A stretch of DNA of 63,689 nt, filler included, from Conidiobolus incongruus B7586 (lineage: Eukaryota): NCBI GenBank assembly GCA_000697335.1. It is 35 parts of 35 records of this genome, joined end to end, with 100 filler letters (N's around TTAATTAATTAA, not from the genome) between each part and the next. Parts side by side here need not be neighbours in the genome. Positions count along the whole stretch, not along the records: positions 12,154 to 13,254 come from JNEM01004973.1; positions 13,355 to 14,542 come from JNEM01004974.1; positions 14,643 to 16,071 come from JNEM01004975.1; positions 16,172 to 17,311 come from JNEM01004976.1; positions 17,412 to 18,531 come from JNEM01004977.1; positions 18,632 to 23,196 come from JNEM01004988.1; positions 23,297 to 25,571 come from JNEM01004989.1; positions 25,672 to 26,828 come from JNEM01004990.1; 27 more parts are not named here. The stretch is one strand, 5' to 3'. This document shows, in pieces, positions 12,154 to 26,928 of the stretch. Positions within the stretch are counted from its first letter, which is position 1; every line of letters begins with the position of its first letter. A program made the position numbers and the translations under genes. The notes beneath the pieces are model-generated. The model did no database searches and was not told the DNA's origin. It saw only the letters and a list, made by a program, of their open reading frames with translations.

Positions 12154-13200
12154 TTAAGAAATTACTTGAATTACTAATATTAGTTAGTTTATTATAGCTA
12201 AGGTTATTAAAAATTATATTAAATATATATATAAAATTAAATTTAAATATATTAGGATTATAGATAAATATAATAAAAGATATATTTATAGGCTAATTAT
12301 TATAGGCAAATATAATATTATTATAGAAATATAAAAAAATTACAAGACTATATAGAAATATTAGTTGATATTATTATTATTTTATATATTTTATATTTTA
12401 ATAGATATTATTTGTAACTTAAGAAAAAACACCCTTAACTAAAGAAGTCCTATTATAAAATTAGGCAAGAGTATAAATATCATCATTAAAGTTGAACTAA
12501 AGTTAATTAAAATAAAGTTATTTAGTTTGATAAAACAAAAATTTACTACAATGAATCTAATAAAAAAGCTAAATATTTCAGAAAAGATAAACAACTATTT
12601 TATAACTATTATGTTATTTTAAACCAAAAATATTAAAGTTAGTTAATTATTGTTTAAGGATAAATATTATTTTCTAATATAAGATATTTTTATAAAATTA
12701 ATAAAGGAATTAATATTAAGATATATTAAAATTCTAGATAGTAAACTAATAATATATTAAATAATATAGGTTAAGCAAATTAGATTTTATTTTTGCAATA
12801 AAATAATATCCTCTGTTATAATATTATTTTGTTTATTAAATGGTTTAAAAGTAATAAAATAATAATAATAAAGTGGTTTCTTTAAACTCTTAATTTTAAT
12901 AAGATTGAATACCTTTAGAATTAGTTAAAAAAAATAATTCAAGCTTTCCCATTAGCAAAAAATTTAAATAAACTTTAGGAATGTATTTAAGAAACTTAGA
13001 AAAAAATTAATCTTTTCTAATATAAGAAACTAGTTAACTCCATACTCTATAAACTTAAAAAAGTTAGAAAAATAAAAAATAGATATATTAAGTTTTGATT
13101 TTCTTTTTATAACCAAAAAATATAAATTTAGGACTTATTTTAAATAAAATTTTAACTTTAATATATTAATTAAATATTCATATAATTGGATCAAATATAT
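12154..13200 (+). mobile_element. Tc1-type (DD34E) transposon, hypermutated
   Basis: gtttgataaaacaaaa (SDETK region), aagtggtttc and attgaataccttt remnants. Collinear with other copies. Confidence 0.88.
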
Positions 13201-13690
13201 TTAATTATAAATAAATAATATAAAATAATTTTATATTTTAATTTAAATTATTTTNNNNNNNNNNNNNNNNNNNNNNNNNNNNNNNNNNNNNNNNNNNNTT
13301 AATTAATTAANNNNNNNNNNNNNNNNNNNNNNNNNNNNNNNNNNNNNNNNNNNNGTAAATTTATTCTATTTTAAGTTTTTAATAAAATTTAATAATAAAT
13401 TTAAATTAATTTTATAGAAATCCTGAAATTAACAAATAATTATAATAACTTATTAATTATTATTGTTATATTCTTTAAATATATTTATTTTATTCTTTAT
13501 ATTAAAACTTCTATAATTAAAGATATTATACAAATATTATTATTTAATATTTTTACTTATTATCAAATTTTTTAAACTATTATACCTAATAAAAATATAT
13601 AATTCAACTTTTAATTTTAGAAGTTATTATCTTTATCCCTTAAAATTAACTTAACTATATCTATTATTAATTATCATTAAATTAATAAAC

Positions 13691-14009
13691 TGTCACATAT
13701 CTATCTAATTAATCCATATATATTTACCTTTTATGTTAGTTTACCCATAATTTACCTTTTATCCTACTTTCCCTTAAATTGATCCATTCTCATCCTAGTA
13801 TAGAGGGGAGGAAATATAACAGAGATCTATTTACCTACCTATCTATCTGTCGATTCATTCATCAACCTATCTAATTACCTAGCTATAACACTAAGTCTCT
13901 ATCAAAGATTTCCAATAAAACTCCATAACTATATTCTAATCCTATTACTTACTAATAATCCAACTTAATTCAATACAATTATCCTAGTTTCCAGCACTAG
14001 GATAATATA
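13691..14009 (+). mobile_element. Solo LTR (319 bp) with 5-bp target-site duplication TAAAC
   Basis: Starts TGTCAC and ends ATATA (ATACA in the sister copy). TAAAC lies at 13686-13690 and 14010-14014. It has an internal TATA-like aaatataa and an AATAAA (about 13915), plus an 11-bp inverted repeat near the 3' end. Confidence 0.72.
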
Positions 14010-14786
14010 TAAACTTATTAAAAAAACTATTAAAATCTTAAAACAAATGATTAAAATTTATATTAATATTAATTAATTAAATTATTATATTTATATTTAT
14101 CAACTTTATTATTTATTATATATTTTTATTAATAAATTAATAAGCTCTAACTTTTATTTTATAAATCATAATAAATATCTCAATTTAATAATTGTTTTAA
14201 AACTTTAAACTAACTTATCTTTAAATATTATTAAATTCTATTTTAATATTAAATATATTAATTTTTTTATTAAATTTAATATGGAAAGAAATTAAAAAAT
14301 TATAAAACCACAATACTTAAAGCTATTTAATAATCTTTTTTAATATTAAAATAAGATGTTTATTTACTTAAAATAGTCTACTCTTAAACTTATCTTATTT
14401 AAATCTAACTTAAATTTAAAATACTTACTATTATATTATGATTTTTATAAAATTTAATCTATTAATTTAAATTTTAAAAATATTATTTTAAAATTATCTT
14501 ATATTTTAGGGATTAACTTTATCATTTTTATATTTAAAATCANNNNNNNNNNNNNNNNNNNNNNNNNNNNNNNNNNNNNNNNNNNNTTAATTAATTAANN
14601 NNNNNNNNNNNNNNNNNNNNNNNNNNNNNNNNNNNNNNNNNNAATAGATTTAAAATTATAAATATCTTGGATTAAATTTCAAATTAATAGAATTATTTTT
14701 TTTATTCTTAAAAATATAATACTTTTTAATTATTATTAAATTATTATTATTAATTTTTAATTATTATTTATTCATTATAGGTTGAT

Positions 14787-16071
14787 ATTATCTTGAATTT
14801 AAAATAATCAAAAATTTTTTAATTTCTGATTTTTCAAATATATTATTAGTTTGAATTAAATGATTATATACAAAGTTAATAAGTAATGATATATTTTGAA
14901 CATATATATATATAATAATTTCTTTGATTAAAAAATTAATTTTTTAAAGCTGGTTGTTTAATTTAATAATATTTAAACCAAATAATAATCATCAAAAGTC
15001 TTTTATTTTAGAATTAATAAAACTTAACCATAAATTATTTAAAACTATTTAAAATTTATAAGCAGCTTTTAATATTAAAGCATTATCTAAATCAACAATT
15101 TATTGTTAGATAAGTTACTTTAAAACAGAAAATAAATTATCTAAAACTTGTTAAAAGCTAGAAAACTAACTTTAACTATGATTTTTTCAATTGTTAAAGA
15201 AATGAAAAAATATATTGAAAAGTATCTTTTTATTTCAGCCAAAAAATTATCTAAACATCTTAATATTAATATTATAAGTATTTTATATATAGTAAAGTTT
15301 AAACTCAAATTAACAAATAAAAATATAAAATAGATATCATATAATTTAATTAAAGTTTAATAAAAAGCTTTAGTAATTACTAAATAAAACCTACTAAAAT
15401 ATTACTAGAATCTTAAGTTTTTATAACAAATCATTATAATTAATGAATCTTAAATCTCTATATATAATCCTTTATCAAAACATAAATCAAGATGCTAAAT
15501 TAAGTTAAATCAAACCTTTTTATAAATCCCTTTAAATAAATATTTTGTTAATAAATGAATAATAACTATTGTTATAAATCATAGTTATATATATTATTTT
15601 TATTTAGTTTTTAATTGAAAATCAGTTAATAGTAAACTTTTTATTAATTTTTAAAATAAAATAATTTCTAATTGTTGTTTTTAATATAATTTGAAAATAT
15701 TTATTATTTTGTATAATAATTACAAAATATATAAATCTTAAGTTATAAAAACATTCTAATTAAAAATAATTGGAAAAAACTTCTATATCTAATATATATT
15801 TTAGATTATAACCCATGTGATTATAACTGTTCTAAGCAATTAAAAAACTATCTTATAACAAAGAAAATAACTTTAAGGAAATTTAATTGGTTTATGAAAT
15901 ATCAAATTTTAGTTTTTAACAAAATGAACTATTTTTTAGTTATTAAATCTTTACTAAAAATATAGCAAAAAGTTATTAATAATAAAAGAAACTATTTAAT
16001 TTTTATTATATATTTATTGTTATATATAATATATTAAAATATTTATTTATTTTAAATTGCAAAAAACTCTT
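14787..16071 (+). mobile_element. Mariner-type (DD34D) transposon, hypermutated, near full length
   Basis: gattataacccatgtgattataactgt (DYNPCDYNC) is intact at about 15804-15830, with tggaaaaaactt (W-x-KL) upstream. The 61-aa ORF 15148-15333 is a residual transposase frame. Confidence 0.9.
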
Positions 16072-16171
16072 NNNNNNNNNNNNNNNNNNNNNNNNNNNNN
16101 NNNNNNNNNNNNNNNTTAATTAATTAANNNNNNNNNNNNNNNNNNNNNNNNNNNNNNNNNNNNNNNNNNNN

Positions 16172-17268
16172 CATTATATTTTTAAAATTAAATTTAAATA
16201 TATTAACATTATAAATATATTAAAAAATATATCAATATGTTATTAATTTAAAAAAAAATCAAATTATTATAGAAATATAACAAGAATTATAAAACTATAT
16301 AAAAATATTAATCAATATTGATATAATTATATATATTTAATATTAGTATAGATATTATTTATATTTTAAGAAAATCCACCTTAATTAAAAAAGTTTTATT
16401 ATAAAATTAAGCAAGATTTTAAATGTCAATACTAAAGTTAAACTAAAACTAACTAAAATAAGGTTATTTAGTTTAATAAATCAAAGATATGTTTTAATAG
16501 ATCTAATAGAAAAGCTAGATATTTCAAATAAGATAAAGAACTATTTTATGATTATTATGTTATTATAACCCAAAAATACAGTAATAGGTTAATTATAATT
16601 TAAGGATATATATTATTTTTAGATATAAAATACATTTGTAGAGTTAATAAAGGAATTAATACTAAGATATACTAAAATATTCTAAATAATAAATTAAAAA
16701 AAACTATTGAGTGATATAGGTTAAATAAATCAATTATTATTTTCCAACATGAAAATGCACTTTGCTATATTACAAATTATATTATTAAAAGGCTTAAAAA
16801 TATCAAAATAACTGTTATAAGATAACCCCCTCAATTTTCTAATTTTAACCCAATTGAATATCTTTGGGATTAATTAAATAATCAAATAAAACTTTCCCCT
16901 TAGCAAAAAATTTAAATTAAGTTTAAAAGTATATTCAAGAGACATAAAATAATATTAATCTTATTTAATATAAGAAGATAGTTAACTTTATATCTCATAA
17001 ACTTAAAGAAAAAAAAACAAAAGATAGATATACTAGATATTAATTTCTGAATTAATATTAAAATCCATAAATAAAACGATTTATCTTAAATATACTTTTA
17101 GTTTTAATATATTAATTAAAAATTAAATAAATTAAATTTTTTATATTATAAATAAAAAATATATATTAATTATATAGTTTAATATAAGTTTATTTAAATT
17201 ACAATTGATTAAGATATTAAAAAAATATTTATATTTTTAATTTTATAACTTACTTTTATAAGCTAATA
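16172..17268 (+). mobile_element. Tc1-type (DD34E) transposon, hypermutated, with right end
   Basis: ccccctcaa...aacccaattgaatatctttgggat (PPQ...NPIEYLWD) at 16826-16870. The second and third catalytic positions (16751 and 16856) are 105 nt apart. Confidence 0.92.
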
Positions 17269-20200
17269 TAAAAAATTTTTTATAAAATTAATATAAAAAT
17301 TAATGTTAAATNNNNNNNNNNNNNNNNNNNNNNNNNNNNNNNNNNNNNNNNNNNNTTAATTAATTAANNNNNNNNNNNNNNNNNNNNNNNNNNNNNNNNN
17401 NNNNNNNNNNNAAGGTAATATCAATTAAAATTTTCAATATATTTTTTTAATAAAATATTTTCTTAGTTTAAATATATTGAAGAAATTTCATATTTCAATT
17501 AGTATTTTTTAAATAATATAAATTTGAATGTTTTATTACTAAAATAACAATAATAATCAGAATAGAATATAAAATAATAAGATTTTAATATAAAATTATT
17601 TATTATTATGTTTATCAAATAGTGCAATATAGATCATAATTTTGATCTATTTTTAATATTAAATTTATTATTGGAGATTCTATTTATTTATATTACATTG
17701 TATCAATATCTATAAAAAAGTTTTTATCTAAAAAATCCAAATATCAAGTGAATATTAACTAACTTATGATATTTCAATTGATTTAATATATATATTATTA
17801 TAATCAAAATTAATATAGATATAAGTTGATATATATTTAATAAAATAGGTTTTAATTCAAAGAAATATTAAAAGCTTGTATCTTTATAAATTGATATTAT
17901 TTTTAATATATGCTAAATGATCAGAAAAAGTAATTTTAGTAATCAAAATAATATTATCAAATTTTTTTCCAAATATTTTAATTTATTTAAATAAAAAAAT
18001 TAATGGATAAATATTTTTTAAAAAATATTAATTTAGTATTATAACTTTAATTAAATATAATTTTTTACTCAATATTCCAATTAACTTTCAAATTTTAAAA
18101 ACATTATATATAACTTTAATATAAATTACTTATTAACAAATAATTTAAAAAATTGGATGATTTTTATATATTTTAGTAATTACAATAATATAAATTAATA
18201 ATAATAACTTTTAAAATATACTAGAATCAGTATATTTCATATATATAGCTTTATAAAATTATATTACCCTAGTTTTTTAATATATTACATTTTTTTAAGA
18301 TTTGAAATAAATAAAAATATTATTATATAATTTTTAAAAATAAATATATAATATAAAAAAATATTTTTATTTTTATAAACCTTTTATTCAATATTAATAA
18401 AATTTTAATATTTATAAAATTATCTTTTTTATCAAAAACTGAAAAAATTATTATTTTAGTAAGTTTATTTTATAACTATCTATATCAATTATATAGATAT
18501 AAGTTATATTCTTATGAATATATTAAATATANNNNNNNNNNNNNNNNNNNNNNNNNNNNNNNNNNNNNNNNNNNNTTAATTAATTAANNNNNNNNNNNNN
18601 NNNNNNNNNNNNNNNNNNNNNNNNNNNNNNNAATAACGAATTATTAAAATATTATATATTAAAATATTTACAAATAATATTTATTTTATATTATTAATTA
18701 CTATAAAAATAAAAGTATTAATAATTGAATATATGTATAAGAAATCACAAAATTCTAATAGTTAATCTTGATAATAAAATTAAAATAACTTAGTAATATT
18801 TAATTTAAGTATATACTAATAAAATACAGTTTCAATTAATATTATATTCAAGATAATCATGATATTATAGGATTTTGTAATTTATATAAATTATATAAAC
18901 TTTATTATTAATTATAAGACATTTATATTTAAAACTTGAATTATTAATTAATATATATTATTATTCTTTAATATTTATAATAGAATTTATTTGAATTAAA
19001 ATTTGAATAAGAAATATAGATGAAAATAATTGACTGATTAAATTAGTTAAATAAATCACTATAGTTTAGTTTAAGTTAAATTCAAATAAATTAAATTTTA
19101 AAATATTTATATTTATCAACAGTAATTTATTACCCTTAATATAAATTAATTTTATTTTAATTTTAAAAATTTATATATTATAATAATAAACAATTATTAA
19201 GAAATAATTTTTAAAGTATTAATTATATTAAAATACTTATGCAGTGAAATAATGAAAGAAATTTATATTGCATTTATATATATCAGATAAATCAAAAATA
19301 ATATAATGCTCTTCTTCAAAATTTAAACAATATCGCATAATATCAGCTTAAATTTATAAACTCAAATTATTTTAATTTCGAATTATATGTGTGATTTATA
19401 ATAATATTAGAATTTAAATTAGTTTATTAAAATAAATTTCATTGGAATAATTCAAGTTTAGCTATATCATATTCTTCATGTAATTTCAATTAAGAAAATT
19501 AAAAAAAATATACCTATTATTGTTTTTCTAATATCTATTTAAATCTTTAATGAAATTAATTTTTATAATCATTTAAATTATTATATCAAAATTATTTTTT
19601 ATAAAACTATAATAATATTAAATTATTAAAGATTAATTATAAAATTTTTTTGAAGAGATTTTTATATTAATTTATATTCAAAATAATATATACAATGCAC
19701 TTATTATTATTAAATCTCTCATAAATTAAATTATTTCATAATTTGTTTTTAGTTTAAGAAATAATTTATATTATTTGAAATCTATAAGTATATTGTTAAA
19801 GTTATAATTATTTTTATATTTTAATATATATTAAATACAAGCATATTATAATATATAATTATGAATATTTAAAATTTTTTTAATTATTTGACACATTGTT
19901 TGAAAATTTTATTATTTAATATTCAAATCATAAATATTAAAATTAAAATTAATATATTATAACTTACTATTACTGTTATTTTTTTAAGATCATTTTCAAT
20001 TATTTTTATTCTGAATAGAATCCATTAAAAGATAAAATAATAAAGGCTTGATAAATATATAGATTATTAAATATTTCATTTACTTATAGAAATAGAGTTT
20101 TATTTTTATTATCAATAACTTAAAATAGAATATTAAATATATTCTATTTCTTGTTATTTTTTTTTTTGATAAATAATATCAGTAAGCCCTATAAGGTTAT

Positions 20201-23200
20201 ATCTTTTGAAATAAGTCATTAACAACAAGTTAATTAATTTATATCTTAATTTGGTTATATTCTTCTTTATTTAAATAAATAAAACTGCATATAGATTGGA
20301 TTAAAATGGTTAATATTGATACATATATTATTCTCTATTTCAGGTTAATAAAATTAATTTCTAATTAATTTAAAATATAAAAATAATTAATTATTTATTC
20401 CCGGCTGATGATAGATAATTGGTAAATGATTTTAAAAGATATTTATGAACTTAGTTATAATTTCAAAATAATTATTAAATATCTTAATAGAGTAATCTTT
20501 ATAAATTATTATGGATAAATAAATAAACAAATTTTAATTTCAAATTATTAAGAGAGATAAAAGCAAAGGTATATATTGAGAGTTATAATAAAAGTATTAA
20601 AATATTAATAAATATTATAATTATCCTATGTCTAATTTGTATTAGAATTTAATATATTCAATTAAAATTAACTTAAAATAAGAAAATGTAATAGTATTAA
20701 AGTAATATATTAAGAATAATAAATTTAAATTTTCTTATTGATATTAATAATTTTCCAATATTTTAATTGGAATCTATGGCAATTATTAATATTACATCTT
20801 TTAATTCAAATTATGAATAATTTCAAGTATAATTCAAAAAATATATTAACAAATACAATTTCTACTAGAAATTAAAAATATTTTAACATTCTATTGAAAA
20901 ATTATATTATCTCATAACTGGTTGTTTTTGATATATTAAACTATATTATAAAACTATATAATATTGAATTTATAATAAATATATTATCACTATCCGTTAA
21001 AAAAAAAACAATTTTAACTTAATTATCATTGATATCGAATAAAGTTTATTGGAATTATTTGTTAATTATTATAGCTTATTTGAATTAATACTGAAAATTC
21101 AAAACTTTTTACTTATGATATTTTCAAAATTTGTATATAGCTTATAATAGGTGATTATAATATTAATCTCTATTTTTGTATAAGAATTAGGATTTTCTAA
21201 TATATGCTTTGATTTTAATAAATTTTTAATTATAATATATATGAAAATTTGTCTAAAAAGTTATGTAAATTTTTGATAATAAAATCATTTAAACCTTAAG
21301 GAAGTAAAAAAAATTTGTTTATCAAGTGATTAAGAACTAAATTAATTGAATTATATTTATATTTGTTAGTATAATAAGGTAATATTTAAATTTGTATTTA
21401 TAATATGGGAATTATAGACACCATATATATTTTAAATTCAAATCTTAAAAATTAATTTTATTGAATTTAGAAAAAGTAATAAAAAATACAAATAAATGAA
21501 TTCTTGATAATAAATCCTTTAAATTTAAACTATTACTATATTTTTGACCATATTTCATATATTCTTTCTTTTTGAGATTTGGTAATATTTGAAGTTTAAA
21601 TTTAAATTATTGAATGAAAAATCTATATATCTGTAATAATATCATATTTTTTAGGTGTAATATAATAGTTAATGGTTTTTTAATTTCTGAGAAAAGTAAA
21701 ATATTATATTTAAATAATTATATTAAATTAATGAAATCTAAATTAAGTTATCTAAAAAATTTAAAAAATATCTGATTTTGAATTAATAATTATTTTTTTA
21801 AATTAATTATTGAATACTTGTTCAAGTTAGATAATAATATTATTTTCAATTTTCATATCATAAAAAAGTTTTTAATTAATTAAAACAGTTTTTTTGAATT
21901 AATTTATAGTAAATATAATATTAACCTAAAATTGGTTTTAGAAAGGGATAAATTTTATTATTATATTATAATATATCTAATTATTTTAATGATGTAATGA
22001 TTATAAGAATTAGAATTAAAAGTTAACCAAATATTTTATGATAATATAATATAATGATATTTAATTAAGAAATATTAACATTATAATTATAAATTATATA
22101 TTTAATCATAAGAGTAAAAATTATTATAAAATTAACAATTATTTCAATAGTTATATTATTAATTATAGAAATATAAAATTGTTATAAATTTCAACTAACC
22201 TAATTAAAAATTTATATTAATTGAATATTAATATAAAAGTTTATATCTTTAATTAAAGAATTAGTAAAATAATTAAGTTATTATAATTACTTGTTTTAAA
22301 CTAAATGATAATAGTTAATTAATAATAAATCTTAATACCTAATAGATATTTAGAATATATTTGAATCAAAATTTATTTAAATAAATTTTTAATTTATAAT
22401 TAAATTTGAATATTTCAATTGTTCGGGTTATATAATTTAAAAATATATTCAAAAAATTTGTTTATTTATTTTTATAACTATATTAAAATAAATAAATATT
22501 TTATAATAATGATTTGTTAAATATTTGGTCAAATTATTTGATTTATTCGATAATTATTAATATTTACTATTTTTTGAATTAATAATTATATTCTTTACAT
22601 GATGGTAATAAAATAAATATAATTTTATTTGCATAATAAAATTTTATAAAAAGTATAAAATTCAATTATTCTGGACTTTGATTTTTTATTTAGATAAATA
22701 ACAAAGACAATAAAATTTTTTAATAATAGTGTTGATTTTAAGTTCTCTTTTTAAATTAAGGTTTTATAAATGTTTTATTTATACTACAATGATATATGTT
22801 ATAATATTATTTTGATTAAATTCTATAATCAAGGATAAAGTAATCAAATATTCTTTTTCTTGATTACAAAATATATGTGATTTTTAAAATTATAAAATTA
22901 AAAAAATTTAGTATGAACAATATTTTAATGATTTATTGGATTTTACGACATGATATAAATGATTTTTATTTTGTAATTAGTTATTAAATATAAATATTCA
23001 TCTTTATTCTATTTCAATTCAGTGTTTGAAATTTAAATATATTAATGAAAAAAAATAAAAGTAATAAATATATTGATTATATTAATAAACCTTTATAGTG
23101 GGAATTATTTTAATACTTTTACTAATTTTAACTCAATATGTTAACAATTTATTTCTATCTATTCGAGTAGTTTGACAAAATATTTTTATATAACCANNNN

Positions 23201-23689
23201 NNNNNNNNNNNNNNNNNNNNNNNNNNNNNNNNNNNNNNNNTTAATTAATTAANNNNNNNNNNNNNNNNNNNNNNNNNNNNNNNNNNNNNNNNNNNNTTTA
23301 ATATAATAAAGGTAATATATAAAAATATCAAACAGATCATTCAAATCCAAAATAAATTGATTTAATATTTGAATTTACATTAAATATATAAAAATTTTTA
23401 ATTTCCAAAATAGACATTTAATCAAAATATAATGAAAAAATAATTATCGAAATTTATTAATATCATATTAATATAACTAAATCATTTAATTTCAAATTTA
23501 AAACTACAATATAAATATATAATTAATTATTTTTAATTTAATGCAAATTATTCAATCAGACTATAAAAATATTCAATATTTCATAATATATCATAAAAGC
23601 TTGATATTATTATTTAATTTTTTATTAATGTAGAAATAAATAAATAACATATTTTTCAATTAAAATTAAATAAATATATAATATGAATT

Positions 23690-24870
23690 TATTATATTTA
23701 TTATTGTTAATAACTCTTTTTTTCTATATTTTTGGAAAGCTTTTAATTTTAAAAATGAGTTTTTTATATTATGTCTGAAATTAGATATTTTATAAATTAA
23801 TATGATTTGTTTATAGGAGTTTTTTTCTTGCAAGCTATTTTTATAAATTTCTATAACAAATATAATTACATATTCTATAATCATGTGATAAATTAAATAT
23901 GGTCACTCTCTTCAATTATATTATATAAAATCTTTTTTAGCTTTAATATTATGAATTTGTAATAATTATGCAAAAAATAGGAGTCCTTAATTTATATTGA
24001 AAATAACACTTAAAAATCATTTTATTAAAAAACAATATATTATTTAATGTTAATTAATTATTTATAATTTATTAAATAAGAATGTCTTATTATATTATAT
24101 ATCAAATTAATAATTAATTTTTAATTTATTCAAAATGTTGATTCTTAGGAAATTATAAAATGATTGATTTAATTTGAACTAAAACTTGTTTCATTTTTAA
24201 ATTAAAAGATTATATAAAGGAATTTAATATTCATTATTTATAAGTATTTATTCTATAAACAATTTTTTTTGTAATACCTTAATAAATTAATTTATCTTTA
24301 GTTATTCTAGTTCTCTTAGGATTTAGTTTAATTAATTGATATCTTTTGTATTTGATTAATTAAACCAAGTTTAAACTTAAATAATTATAATAAATATATA
24401 ATTAATATTAAATTTCTTTGATAGTTCTCAAGCAAAAATAAAAGGGAATTACTTATTATATTTTTTACTCTCATTATAAATAAAACAGAGACAATAAAAA
24501 AGAATTTTCAAAATTTTTGAAAATTTGAAATAATGACCCTTTAAATTTGAAATAATAAATCTATTTATATATGGTAGTTTTTGATTAAATACTAATTTAA
24601 TAAGCTATTTACAAGAATTAGATGATTTTTGAGGGTTAATGGTTAAGTTTTAAAGATATAAAAATAAAAGCTTTTTGATATTCGTTATCTCGTTAAGATT
24701 GATTAAATTTAATTAATAATATTATTCTCCAATAATTATAATAAAATAACTGATTGAAATTCATTATATATATATATCATCTAATAATAATTATTTTCAA
24801 ATTTATTTTATATATAAATTATTTTTTCCAAGATATAATTTCTTCAAAAGTATAGAAATAAATAATTTGT
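23690..24870 (-). mobile_element. Mariner-type transposon, more divergent copy or subfamily
   Basis: aattatgcaaaaaataggagtcc (LHDN region in reverse complement) and taatcatgtgataaattaaatatggtcac. Collinear with 6955-8133. Confidence 0.78.
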
Positions 24871-26678
24871 GATTTGTAAATTACATATTAATAATTTTAA
24901 TTTTTAATTGTTAATTATGATATGAATAATATTTTAGTATTGATGAAAAAAATAAAGCTGTAATAATTTTATTTTATTATAATTATAAATTATTATTACC
25001 TCAAAATAATAATTGTACGAAATATATTGATTTATAATTTTAATCTATATTTTGGTTTACAGAATGTATGATAATTTTAATAATTTATTTTCAATAAATT
25101 AATATTTATATATGGTTTTTAATATTCAAATCTAATTTATTATTATTTTTAATATACATTAATGGGAAATTTTTTTAATTGCTTTTTTTTTCAAATATAT
25201 TATCAATTTTGAATAAACAAATATATACCATATATAGGAAACTATATAATTAGAAAATATATATAATAATTTTTCTAGATTAAAAAATTAAATTTTTAAA
25301 AATTTAGTTATTTATTTTATTTAAACCAAAATTTATTAAATTTTTTAATTTTGGAATTTTTAAATTAAAACAAAAAACATGTAAAATATTTAACTTATAA
25401 TAAATAACTTTTGGAAATAAAGTATTATTTAAATTAACAATATATTGCAAGGTAAATTATTTTGGATTTAAGAAACAAATTAAGTTATATTAAAATCTAA
25501 AAAACTAACATATATTATTATTTTCTTATTTATCAATTAAAGAAAAAATTATATAAAGTATTTTATTATTTNNNNNNNNNNNNNNNNNNNNNNNNNNNNN
25601 NNNNNNNNNNNNNNNTTAATTAATTAANNNNNNNNNNNNNNNNNNNNNNNNNNNNNNNNNNNNNNNNNNNNAATATATAACTTAATATAAATATAACTCA
25701 AAAAACTCTTATTTGATAAATTAATAACTTTATTATAATTAACTTATTAAATCAATTACTTAATTTTGTTAAAACCAAATTAATAACTAATAATATTTTT
25801 AAAAATATCTATAAATTTCAAAGTTATTTTAAGAATTAGAAAATATTTTAATTTTAAAAATTTTAATAAAAAGAAAATTTCCAAATTAATTAATTTTTTT
25901 GGGAAAATAGATTAAACCTTAATAGTAAGTTATTTTATAATTAGTTTTTAAAATTCTTAAAAGGTATAATGTATTGTAAGAATAAATTTTTTTAAATAAT
26001 TAGAAAAAGCTATTTAAATAAGATTTTTTTTAAAAAATTAAATTTAATTTATAGTATATATATGTTTTTAACTTATATAAAAAATCTAATAAATAATTTC
26101 TTAGGAAATTTCATATAATATATTTAAATAAAATATATATCTTTAGAGAAAAATATATAATTTTTTATAATTTTTAATTTATATCTTAAATTAGTTATTC
26201 TAAAAATCTTAATAAAATAATTATTTTGATATTTCTTCTATTTTAGGATTAAATTTTTATATATATAGTTAATCTTTTTAAACTTATTTTAATTTACTAA
26301 TATCTTAAATAATTTATTTTTTATTTTAACATTCTATATGAAAATTTTCAATAAAAGGCTAAAACTTATTGATATATAAATAAAGTCTTTTATAATTATT
26401 AAACAATTTTAAAATTACTAATTACCCTTTAAGTAAATAAAATAAATTTAATTTATAATAATATTTTCTTATTATCTATTAATCAAACTACAATAAAATT
26501 AATATTTTATTAAAATAATTTGTTTTACTATTAATTAGTTGATTCTAGCTTAATTTATAAATACTCTAACAAAATAATCTCTTTAAAAAATAAAATATAG
26601 ATATTAAAAAAATTAATTTATTAAACTAAATAATATTTAAAATATTCTAATAATTAATCTATTATATAATCTATTATA

Positions 26679-26828
26679 TACTAACTCACAAAAGTAAATT
26701 ATAAAATCAAAAAAATATATATTTTTTAATCAATAATTAAAATAATTATATATATAAAAATACCTAAAACTATAATATAAAATTAAAATATCTTATTTGA
26801 TAGTAAATAAATATAATTAAATATATCT
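26679..26828 (+). mobile_element. Left end (outer TIR) of the Tc1-type element
   Basis: TA|tactaactcacaaaagtaaattataaaatcaaaaa. The downstream part matches 55007-55090. Confidence 0.7.
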
Positions 26829-26928
26829 NNNNNNNNNNNNNNNNNNNNNNNNNNNNNNNNNNNNNNNNNNNNTTAATTAATTAANNNNNNNNNNNNNNNN
26901 NNNNNNNNNNNNNNNNNNNNNNNNNNNN

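Noticed and set aside
18632..23196. Decayed F-box/LRR gene relics (e.g. LPNLK on the - strand near 21570)
   Set aside because: Only isolated short motifs occur in very AT-rich DNA, which cannot be supported without a profile search.
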